A stretch of DNA of 55,973 bases from Promethearchaeia archaeon (lineage in GTDB: Archaea; Asgardarchaeota; Lokiarchaeia; Sigyniarchaeales; SOKP01): NCBI GenBank assembly GCA_046483985.1, contig JAWOCD010000033.1, positions 1 through 55,973 of the forward strand, read 5' to 3'. The notes beneath the pieces are model-generated. The model saw nothing but the letters and a program-made list of their open reading frames with translations. It was not told the origin of the DNA and did not search any database. The translations under genes were made by a program, and so were the position numbers. Position 1 is the first letter of the stretch. Every line of letters starts with the position of its first letter. Below, in pieces: positions 10,312 to 18,797 of the stretch.

Positions 10312-11538
10312 ATGTCAAATGATTATGAATTTAGTTTCAAATTAATTTCATTAAAAAACTCAATACAATCCATACCAGAAGATACAATTAATGATCAGAT
10401 TAATGAATTTAAAAAGCAAATCAAAAGCGGCAAAATAACTTTAAAAAACGAGGAAAAGATTGAATCCGTGGAGGAAAGCGAGGAGCAAGAAGAAAAATTA
10501 TTGCAAAGAAATGAAGTCCACTTTACCGATTGTCCCTATCATTTTTTGGATGATCCTTTAATGGATTATGTTAATAATGACTATACAATCGTTGCTTTCG
10601 ATGAATCTTCTCGGTCTTATTCGGGAACCTATGCAAGGTTAGCATACTGTAAATTCGGTGAGGGTCAACTGAAATTTGATGGAGATAAATATGAAAAAGA
10701 AAAAATTATGTACAGCCCTATTGATGGCTATATCCGGGATGATGTTCATAAATTAAAGATATATAAGAATATTGGAAAGCAATTTGTAGATACCATAGAA
10801 CAAAACTTTTATAAAGGAGAAATGAAAAATTCAGTTAAAGATTTAAAAGATTGGTATCAAAATACATTTGCTCAAGACTTGGATGATGATATACAAGATC
10901 AGAATTATTTAAAACCTACGTTGGGCCATGTAGTAGATCGTCTCAGAACAACCGATGAAATTTTAAAAAGTTTAATCAGGGTAAAAGAATTGAGTAAATG
11001 TGGCAAGAAGAAGAATATCATTTTTCTGGGAGATGGAATACATTTGTTTCATAATGCATCTTATCCACCAATTGATTTTACAGATTTCTTCTATGATTTT
11101 CTTCATGAGTACGAGGTAAAGTATGTAACATTTTCTAAAACTTGCCGGCTAAGGGATTTTCAAGGAAATTTTATTTTACCTGCTTGGGGAACCATTATTA
11201 AAAATGATCCATTTCTTGTGGAATTGCCAGAAATTTCAAATTTCAGTAGAAGCAAATCTTTTCTCGTTCGATTACAAGAATCTAGTCCGGTCCTTAGATA
11301 CGATGTTCCAGAATTTTATGCTTTAGATGACGCAATTGAGATACTAAATAATTTAAGAGCTTATGCCCCAATGGGCTATCCATTATGTCTTGAGGATGCT
11401 CATCATGCAAGTGATATAATTGCTTCTGAAAAAAGTAAATTGGAAGGAAAATTCTTTAAACTAAAACATGATGTCAATAGTCAGGCTTTTATTGAAAACT
11501 ATAGAGAACAAGTTTTAAGTTCTGATGGAAATAATTAA
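10312..11538 (+). CDS. nurA: NurA-like nuclease (paralogue 2)
   Basis: AFDESS, FLGDG, GYPLCLEDAH; colinear similarity to 9028..10215 over the whole length. Confidence 0.7.
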   Translation: MSNDYEFSFKLISLKNSIQSIPEDTINDQINEFKKQIKSGKITLKNEEKIESVEESEEQEEKLLQRNEVHFTDCPYHFLDDPLMDYVNNDYTIVAFDESSRSYSGTYARLAYCKFGEGQLKFDGDKYEKEKIMYSPIDGYIRDDVHKLKIYKNIGKQFVDTIEQNFYKGEMKNSVKDLKDWYQNTFAQDLDDDIQDQNYLKPTLGHVVDRLRTTDEILKSLIRVKELSKCGKKKNIIFLGDGIHLFHNASYPPIDFTDFFYDFLHEYEVKYVTFSKTCRLRDFQGNFILPAWGTIIKNDPFLVELPEISNFSRSKSFLVRLQESSPVLRYDVPEFYALDDAIEILNNLRAYAPMGYPLCLEDAHHASDIIASEKSKLEGKFFKLKHDVNSQAFIENYREQVLSSDGNN

Positions 11539-11558
11539 AGAGAGGTTAAATAAAAAAT

Positions 11559-12869
11559 ATGGTAAAAATAATTCATATGGCCGACACGCATTTAGGATAT
11601 CGAGCCCGACGCGGCGCTATAAATCAATGGAGCATCGAAAACTATTCTCGACCATATGAGCAAGAAATCTACGACACCTTTTTAGATGTAATGACAGAAA
11701 TATCGAAAATGGATGACCTTGACTTTGTAATTCATTGCGGAGACATGTTCCATCAACCTTCTGAAAGGAACCCATTCCCTCCGAATGAACCAGCACGAAG
11801 GGTTTTGAAGAAAGGGTTGGATATCTTTTTTAAAAATACAGAGAATAAAGTTCCTTTTATCTACATTGAGGGAAACCATGGAATCTTCAAAGGATATGAC
11901 TATACTCCCTTTGAATCCCATATAAGTCAGAAAAAATACCCTGAATTATACTATTTTAAAGAAGGAGATCTCAAAAATGCAATTAATGAGCAAAAACCTT
12001 TACAAGTAGAATTTCCCAGGAAACAAAGTCGATTTTACTTATTCCCTTATTTTGAATTTAACAATTTTGAAGTCTATAAAAACGCTTATGATAAATGGGT
12101 CTATAACCAACAACCTTCAAATAACGATGATTTTATAAACATCGCGGTGGCACACGGCTCTCCTTTAGACCATTCCTTACATGAAAAAGTATTATCTGAT
12201 GATTTTAATTATGATTATATTGCACTAGGGCATGAGCATGGATTAAAAGCTCAAACGAAAAATAGATATTTTTCAGGTTCCCTATTACCGCTAAATTTTA
12301 AGGAAATCTATAAAAGCCACGGATATATAATAGTTGACGTTAATTCTGGAGAAGAAGACTTAGAAATAAAGAAAATTAAGACAGACAAGCTTCTTAAGAG
12401 ATCTTTTGAAGAACGGGAAGTAAGGATTTCACCGCAAGAGTCTACAATTGAGCTTAAAGAAAAGATCCAACAGATACTAGATGATTATAAGTCCGAAGAG
12501 GGTTTTAACGCTAATACTGCTGGAAGAGTCAAAATAAAATTTGAAGGCGAAATGAGTATTGAAAAAGTATGGCAAATTAATGAATTAATGGTGCAATTCC
12601 GAAGATCTTGTTTTTCAAAAATCGATAAATATAATATTCTACAGCTTATCTGGAAAACTTCGGATATTTCAGCCTATGTGGAGGAAGATTCAAGCCCAGG
12701 AGTCATTGAAGATTTTATCTTGGAGGAACCAGAAAAGGAATTTCGAAGCTTTGTCGAAGAAAAGTTAACCGAGAATAAAACTAAATTCGATATCAGTAAA
12801 CTCACCAAATTTGGCATAGCGGCAATAAAAGATGCCTTAGAAATAATGGACACGGAGGAGGAAGTATAA
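11559..12869 (+). CDS. mre11: Mre11/SbcD DNA repair nuclease
   Basis: Phosphoesterase motifs ADTHLG, GDMFH, GNH, AHG, ALGHEH; adjacent to rad50. Confidence 0.9.
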   Translation: MVKIIHMADTHLGYRARRGAINQWSIENYSRPYEQEIYDTFLDVMTEISKMDDLDFVIHCGDMFHQPSERNPFPPNEPARRVLKKGLDIFFKNTENKVPFIYIEGNHGIFKGYDYTPFESHISQKKYPELYYFKEGDLKNAINEQKPLQVEFPRKQSRFYLFPYFEFNNFEVYKNAYDKWVYNQQPSNNDDFINIAVAHGSPLDHSLHEKVLSDDFNYDYIALGHEHGLKAQTKNRYFSGSLLPLNFKEIYKSHGYIIVDVNSGEEDLEIKKIKTDKLLKRSFEEREVRISPQESTIELKEKIQQILDDYKSEEGFNANTAGRVKIKFEGEMSIEKVWQINELMVQFRRSCFSKIDKYNILQLIWKTSDISAYVEEDSSPGVIEDFILEEPEKEFRSFVEEKLTENKTKFDISKLTKFGIAAIKDALEIMDTEEEV

Positions 12870-12870
12870 C

Positions 12871-14970
12871 ATGAAGATCACGAAATTAAGCTTCAAAAAT
12901 TTTATGGGTTATAAGAATCTGAACTTGCCCAAAAACGATCAAAAGTTTCCTGACGGTTTAATTTTAATTAGTGGAGAAAACTCTCATGGTAAGTCTACTA
13001 TCCTAGAGGCTATCTTAGTTGCGTTTTTCGGCCCAAGAATTATCCCCGGAAGAACTGCCTCGTCCTTCATTACCTACGGCTCTGATAAGGCCGAATTATA
13101 TGTCTATTTCACGCTAGACGATCAAGATTATTACATGTACAGAAAATGGGGGCAATCCGGAGGAACTACCAAGAAATTATTCAAACACAGCAAACACTCG
13201 AAAAGCTATCAAGAGATCAAGGACTTTGATATTGAAGAGTTTTTTGAAATTTCTAAAGACCAAGCCCTTAGTACAGTATTTGTCCGGCAAGGAGAAGTCG
13301 AAGAGTTAGCGAATCTAAAAGGAGCAAAACTCAGAGATATGATTATTGATCTCTTTCGACTGAATATCATTGATGACGCCCTGAACCATCTAAAAATTCA
13401 ATCTAGAAGAAAAAAAGACGAAAAATCGCAAAAGGAAAGATCCCTCGTCCCAATTGAGCGAATTAAAAAGGATATCGACCAAACTAAGGACGATTTAGTA
13501 GACAATGAATCGAAAGTAAGGAAAAAAGAAAACAAATTAAACAAACTGAAAACTGAGTTAAAAGAACTTCCGTCTGAAAAGATTATCTCGCAGTTAGAAT
13601 CCCTATATGAAGATAAGTATGTTTTCACGAAGCAGACTAAGTCAACAAAGCAGAAATTGGAACAAAAAATTAATACTTTTGAATTTGAATTAGATGATAT
13701 AAAATCGAGTAAAAAAATTAATAAAAAATTAGCAGAGCTTGAAAAGCAACGAAAAGAGATAGAATCAAAGAAAGACAAGAAAGAAAAGAAGAAAGCAGCT
13801 ATGCTGAGAGGGAAAGGAAAAACTAGCGGAAGAATAAATGATATTCAGAAAAAGATATCCAAAATGAAAAATAGTATTTCCTTCAAAAAAGGAGGAAAAG
13901 AAGTAAGTACTGCTAAATGCCCTACATGTCAAGGAAAGTTAACAAAGGAGCATTTTGATGAAATGATTTCCCGATTTGAAAGCAAGGTTGAAAATAATCA
14001 AAACAAAATAAAAACCATCAATTCTCAAATCCGTGCAAAGGAGAAGAAAATAAAGGAGTATAGGCAAGAAATTGAAACAATTAACAACAAATACAATTTA
14101 CTTCAAAATTTGCAAGAAAATTTCAATGACTATCAAAAATTTAAGAAAAAGCTTAAAGCCGTGAAGGCAAAATTAGAAAATACTCTCAAAAAATATAAAG
14201 AAGTCATTAAGGAGCAGAGCCTTCAGGGAATAAAAAAGATCTCACATAAAATCGTAAAACTTAAAGAAAATATTCAAGCAGTACAGAAAGAGATTAAAAA
14301 TACAAAGGAAAGCATCCAGGACAATAAAGAAAGGATTAAGGAGTTAAACAAGGAAATTGAGCAGATGAAAAAGTTGAAGAAAAAAATTGAAGAATTAGAT
14401 GTTGATATAGAGCATATTGCCAAGGCAAAAGAGTTTGTTCGCCGTTTTGTTACGGAATATATGGTAGTTCAGAGGTTGGTGAAAAATATTGCGAGAAAAA
14501 CCAATAATTATATTAGTAATTTTACTGGTGGACAATATGATGACTTGCTGCTTGATCTTACGGGCTCTCGAAAAACCGGGCTTTCAATCAAGATAAGAGA
14601 TAATTTTAACGGGATGTATGAGGCAATAGAAGTCCTTTCCGGCGGCGATAGGACGGCTTTAGGAATGGCCTTGCGATTAGCTATAAGCGAATTGATGTCC
14701 ATTATCCGACCAACAAAGGACTCTCCGAAAAAAAATCCAAAAGTTGACTTTCTTTTACTGGATGAGCCCTTGGCAGCACTTGACGCGGGAAGGCGCAAAC
14801 AAATCCTTAAATATCTTACCAAAAATAAAACGTTTTCGCAAATTTTCCTGATTACCCATACAGCTATTCCACCAGAGATTCATGCGCATCGGGTTCTTGT
14901 CAATAAGGATAAGTCTACAGGTTTGAGTCACGCAGTATTCAAAAATGTTTCGGCTTTAGAAAGCACATAA
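12871..14970 (+). CDS. rad50: Rad50/SbcC SMC-like ATPase
   Basis: Walker A GENSHGKS, Q-loop VRQGE, coiled coils with CPTC zinc hook, LSGG signature, LLDEP, ITH. Confidence 0.92.
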   Translation: MKITKLSFKNFMGYKNLNLPKNDQKFPDGLILISGENSHGKSTILEAILVAFFGPRIIPGRTASSFITYGSDKAELYVYFTLDDQDYYMYRKWGQSGGTTKKLFKHSKHSKSYQEIKDFDIEEFFEISKDQALSTVFVRQGEVEELANLKGAKLRDMIIDLFRLNIIDDALNHLKIQSRRKKDEKSQKERSLVPIERIKKDIDQTKDDLVDNESKVRKKENKLNKLKTELKELPSEKIISQLESLYEDKYVFTKQTKSTKQKLEQKINTFEFELDDIKSSKKINKKLAELEKQRKEIESKKDKKEKKKAAMLRGKGKTSGRINDIQKKISKMKNSISFKKGGKEVSTAKCPTCQGKLTKEHFDEMISRFESKVENNQNKIKTINSQIRAKEKKIKEYRQEIETINNKYNLLQNLQENFNDYQKFKKKLKAVKAKLENTLKKYKEVIKEQSLQGIKKISHKIVKLKENIQAVQKEIKNTKESIQDNKERIKELNKEIEQMKKLKKKIEELDVDIEHIAKAKEFVRRFVTEYMVVQRLVKNIARKTNNYISNFTGGQYDDLLLDLTGSRKTGLSIKIRDNFNGMYEAIEVLSGGDRTALGMALRLAISELMSIIRPTKDSPKKNPKVDFLLLDEPLAALDAGRRKQILKYLTKNKTFSQIFLITHTAIPPEIHAHRVLVNKDKSTGLSHAVFKNVSALEST

Positions 14971-15060
14971 ACATAATAAAAAAAAGAGATAAATGGATTT
15001 TAAAAAAACAATTTTTACTTAATATTTCTAGTTTTTTCTGATTCCCTTTATTAGAATCTT

Positions 15061-15258
15061 TTAAATGTCCCGAGGTTTTACCGTTTTTCTTCCATTTGCT
15101 TTAGCTCTATCGATTGCATAGTCAAGAATGTTAACGATTCTTTCATTTAACTTATCTCCATCAACAACGGATTTACTGGTGTTGCAGTCGTGAGCTTTTA
15201 TATACTCTCGGACCTTTGATTTCACGAACAAGGGATCTAATTCTTTCTTTTTAGCCAT
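15061..15258 (-). CDS. Histone-fold protein of the alpha3 class (Bd0055/face-to-face-like)
   Basis: LFVKSKVREYIK...NTS...A.DRAKANGRKTVKPRD (RxTxxxxD with truncated alpha3); start ATG 15258 preceded by GGAGG. Confidence 0.8.
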   Translation of the reverse strand: MAKKKELDPLFVKSKVREYIKAHDCNTSKSVVDGDKLNERIVNILDYAIDRAKANGRKTVKPRDI

Positions 15259-15788
15259 TTTTAATTCCTCCATTAATTTTGAAATTATGTTTAATATTTT
15301 TCTATATTGAATTTATAGTAAGATTTGTTAATTTAATATTTAGAAAGAGTTTTATTTAAAATCTTCTATTTTTATAGTTTCGGACTGAATAAACCATAAA
15401 TAAAAGTATGAAAAATGGCAGAGAGTTCTCTTATTTCATTTATCTACTTCGTAAGTATATATAGACCATAATAAATATTATTTAGTATCATCTCCTTTTA
15501 ACTGAACAGATATTTTGGGGCATTTCTTAATTAATAAATAATAGAGTCTTTATGATCTCTACTTTAATTCTAGTATTCAATTGAATGGGTCACATATTTA
15601 AGAATTTATAACCAAACATAAAATTTATGAGCGGACTTTAGCATATATTAGGGGTGAAGAACAAGATAATAGGGTTAAAGATTTAAAGTCTCTAAGATTC
15701 CCGTATTTAACTACAATGGAGAAATCTTCTACATTCTCTTTTTTTCGCTTTCGCTTTTGATGATTACGTCACCCTAAAAGCAATTTAA

Positions 15789-16040
15789 TTGAACTACCAC
15801 ACCATAAATGGCGTGGATTTGTAATCCATCGAGGATTGCTGACATAACATTAGTCTGACATCCTCTTCAAACGCATTCACCGTGGTTCCTACGGCAGAAT
15901 CATTATGAGTAAGGAGTTTGATAGTATTTTCTTCTAATTGGTTTTTCCCTTCTTTTTTGATTTCTTTAATAATCGTCTTTATAAAATAAGGAATAATGAT
16001 CAATAGTTCATCCCATAAACTCCTTTAGACTTAACTTAGG
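15789..16040 (-). mobile_element. Non-autonomous IS200/IS605-type mini-element A with TnpB omega-RNA-like scaffold
   Basis: Minus strand: TTTC|14 nt-AAAG...GGGATGAA (degenerate left end), TTTATAAA box, GCCGTAGGAACCACGGTGAATGCGTTTG scaffold, right-end hairpin CCACGCCA-ttta-TGGTGTGG-tagt-TCAA; translates to the TnpB-tail-like SAVGTTVNAFEEDVRL..QSSMDYKSTPFMVW. Confidence 0.75.
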
Positions 16041-16095
16041 GAAAAAATCATTTGAAATTCCCCTTAAAAATAAAAAATAGAAATTGAAAGGGGAA

Positions 16096-16665
16096 TTATT
16101 TCTTTTTTCGAGGTGATTTACCACATTTGGGACAAACAGTAGTATCTGCGGAGATGATCCATCCACAATTGGCGCATTTCCTTAGATTTGAGGACGCTTC
16201 CTCTTTTGCTTGTTCTTCGGCTGTTTCTTCTTGCTGAAGTGCTTCATATTCTGGTAGAAGATAATGCTTTGTGTAAAGTGGGTATTCATTTATTTGGTAT
16301 TTAAAGAGTTGACGAAATGCCTGCATATCGTCTAACGCTCTTTTAACCTCATAATTGCTGACATCATAATTCTTCTCTTTTTCAAATACCTTCTCCACAT
16401 ATTTGGCTAATTTCTTGGATTTGTCCTGCTTTTTAATCTTTTTAGCAATCCCTTTGGCCTTTTTTTCTTTTTCTTGATAAACCCATAGATCTTTTTCAAT
16501 ATTATCGAAAACAAATAATACACCCAAGTAATCTTCTTTAGAAATCATAGTTTCAAACTTTCTGAAGTTAGGGATGAATTCTTGGACTGAAACGCCGGCT
16601 ACATTGGAAAGATAATAGGCCTCAATATTAAAGCCGCAAATATCTTCATATTTTTGTAATACCAT
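16096..16665 (-). CDS. Hypothetical protein with C-terminal zinc ribbon
   Basis: CANCGW...CPKCG at the C-terminus; 189 aa ORF with typical codon usage. Confidence 0.7.
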   Translation of the reverse strand: MVLQKYEDICGFNIEAYYLSNVAGVSVQEFIPNFRKFETMISKEDYLGVLFVFDNIEKDLWVYQEKEKKAKGIAKKIKKQDKSKKLAKYVEKVFEKEKNYDVSNYEVKRALDDMQAFRQLFKYQINEYPLYTKHYLLPEYEALQQEETAEEQAKEEASSNLRKCANCGWIISADTTVCPKCGKSPRKKK

Positions 16666-16865
16666 ATATAATTTTCACAGAGATTAAATAATTCTATAAG
16701 CTTAATTAGCTACTTTTTTATTTAATTTTTAAGGAAAAAAAAAGTAGTATAAGGTTAATAGCTGATATACATCTAGACAAACTTGGACATAATTTAAATC
16801 TCTTTATTATCTGTATGACTTCGGGGTATATTAACCGCCGATCTTTTTCAATTTTCATGTATTCC

Positions 16866-17120
16866 ATAGTGGGTTTTGGCCAGATAGCAGCGAATGTGGT
16901 TTTACTGGCAGATGCAAGCCCATGTGGAGAACCGGCAAACGATCGAGGGTTACCGTGTAACCGCGGGCAGCATATGCATAAGTCGTCGGTGCACGCCATG
17001 TGCCGTTTACCGCGATCGTCAGTCAGCGATCCTTTGAAGATTTGTGGGGTTGTCCCGATATGTCCAGATTTTTTCTGACTGTTTCAGTGCAGAAGAATCC
17101 ACATGACTCTTCTCTACTAT
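16866..17120 (+). ncRNA. Unidentified GC-rich structured RNA candidate
   Basis: About 50% GC in an AT-rich intergenic region; nested stems including 5'/3' end pairing; TATA-like TATATTAA about 35-40 nt upstream; T-run downstream; strand not certain. Confidence 0.5.
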
Positions 17121-17143
17121 TCAATAGAATTTTTGAGATCAGA

Positions 17144-17255
17144 TTGAACTACCACGCCTAGAGAGCGAGCAATTCGTAATTCATCGCACACTGCTCATCT
17201 AAGTGCACGAGTCTTACAGATTCACCGTACTCCCCACTGCAGAATAATTATGAAT
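17144..17255 (-). ncRNA. Orphan TnpB omega-RNA-like scaffold B (IS200/IS605 right end) in the alba 3' region
   Basis: Homologous to elements A and C (TAAGACTCGTGCACTTAG, GCGATGAATTACGAAT, ...GTGGTAGTTCAA); begins 3 nt after the alba stop; no left end seen. Confidence 0.72.
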
Positions 17256-17258
17256 AAA

Positions 17259-17543
17259 TTATTTTTCAGGTGGACTTAAGACAATCTCCATGCTTGAAAC
17301 ATTGTTTTTTCGACCATTTTCTCCCTCAAGTCGTTCCGTGTCAATCTTAATTTCTTTATATTCTGTACCTTTGAGAAACCGATTTCTTAGAATTTCGCAA
17401 ACATCCACAGCGTGGGAAATTGCTCTGCCGCGTGCCTTGACAGTACAATCCTCTCCTTTGTTTAGAACCATCATTCCGGCCATAACATAATTCATAGTTG
17501 GTCTGCGACCGACATAGACAGTATTCTCATTTTTATTTGCCAT
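17259..17543 (-). CDS. albA: DNA/RNA-binding protein Alba
   Basis: NTVYVGRRPTMNYVMA, VKARGRAISHAVDV, NVSSMEIVL. Confidence 0.95.
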   Translation of the reverse strand: MANKNENTVYVGRRPTMNYVMAGMMVLNKGEDCTVKARGRAISHAVDVCEILRNRFLKGTEYKEIKIDTERLEGENGRKNNVSSMEIVLSPPEK

Positions 17544-18033
17544 TTTTTATTCCTCTCCATAAACTTCTTATTTTAGTTTTTTGTATTATATTGTTTTTTT
17601 GTAATAATGTATTATTTGTTATATTTCACAGTTTTTAGCAATCAATACTGTTTGTACAGTTTATTAACTTCTTTATTTTTTGAACATTAAACAATAAATA
17701 TTTAAAATTTAATAATTTTCTTGATTTTTTAAATTTTATTCATTATTGGTCATGAGTCTATCTCTATTTTGTAGGCGGTCAGAATTTTAAGAAGGTCTAA
17801 GATTAAAACCGTAATCCATAGAGGGAATCCGTTATTTATTTCTGATAAATTGAAAATTTATCCTCTTTAATTTCTCTAATTAAGGTTAATATTTAGAGGG
17901 TAGTGGCGAGAATACCAGAGAGAAAAATCATTCTAATAATATAATATATAATAAGACCAGACATAAATCTGTTTGCCATAATTATAATTTATGTCGGCAT
18001 AAAATAATAAAAAGAAGATATTAGAGGTAGAAA

Positions 18034-18693
18034 TTAGTAATCTTCGTTTTCTTCTTTTTTGATAATAATTTTGTCACCATCTCTTGTTTCTTTTTTTTCT
18101 TCCTCTTTTTCTTGATATATATCCCAAATAATACTAATGATAAGGAGCCCTCCAAAAATCACTAAAAGTGGGATAAACAAATTGAACTCCGTCAAAAAGA
18201 TCCTTACCCAGCCAATATATGGTATCCGCCCACAAACAACGCCGACTACTCGTTCCGCAGGAACCCAAGCTTTGTCCACATTAAAATTAGCATCTCCTTT
18301 AGTTAGGAAAAAATATCCGCTTTCATTATGTTCCTGATCAACTACCCGATGGACAATTGGTTCATCTGGAGCTCCTGCCCATAAACCTCGGGCATCGTAG
18401 ACTATAACATCCCCTTCTTTATTTTCTATGGTGCCGACTTTAATATCCTCTGGTTCCTTATCGGTTAAAAAGAGAAGGTCTCCTTTATGGATGTTAGGTT
18501 CCATAGAACCCGAAACCACCACTACCATGGGAGTATCTGTACCCAAAGAAGCTTGTAACCCAAAATAAATGATATAGGAACCAAAAAAGGCAAAGAAAAT
18601 AAGAATTATACCAATAATAATTTTCTTCTTGGACGTTTGGGACTTTTCCTTTTTTTTTTTTTTAGATTTCTCGATATATTTCTTAGACGACAT
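18034..18693 (-). CDS. sec11: Signal peptidase I (archaeal/ER Sec11 type, S26B)
   Basis: VVSGSMEP, GDVIVY, IVHRVV, TKGDAN, IPYIGW; N- and C-terminal TM helices. Confidence 0.92.
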   Translation of the reverse strand: MSSKKYIEKSKKKKKEKSQTSKKKIIIGIILIFFAFFGSYIIYFGLQASLGTDTPMVVVVSGSMEPNIHKGDLLFLTDKEPEDIKVGTIENKEGDVIVYDARGLWAGAPDEPIVHRVVDQEHNESGYFFLTKGDANFNVDKAWVPAERVVGVVCGRIPYIGWVRIFLTEFNLFIPLLVIFGGLLIISIIWDIYQEKEEEKKETRDGDKIIIKKEENEDY

Positions 18694-18797
18694 TTTAAAA
18701 GATTAATGAATAGTTAAATTACAAAATTAAGAGGGTAAATTTAATCTTATCCTATCACATCAGCAACTATAACTCGTTTTGGTGTATTTGTATTAGG

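Noticed and set aside
15794-16003. 69-aa minus-strand ORF as a real gene
   Set aside because: Its C-terminal half is the translation of the omega-RNA/right end (TnpB-tail-like). There is no RuvC or Zn-finger part, so it is treated as part of element A.
16939-17019. tRNA-like cloverleaf or hammerhead ribozyme within the GC-rich element
   Set aside because: No T-loop GTTC or proper anticodon arm; CTGACGA on the minus strand is not followed by stem II-GAAA.
16718-17078. Overlapping 93-aa (-) and 87-aa (+) ORFs
   Set aside because: Atypical composition and GC content, no recognisable motif; better explained by the GC-rich structured RNA candidate.
17810-17826. CGTAATCCATAGAGG resembling part of omega-RNA A
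   Set aside because: Only about 14 nt of similarity, with no right-end hairpin or TCAA terminus; cannot be supported as a fourth copy.
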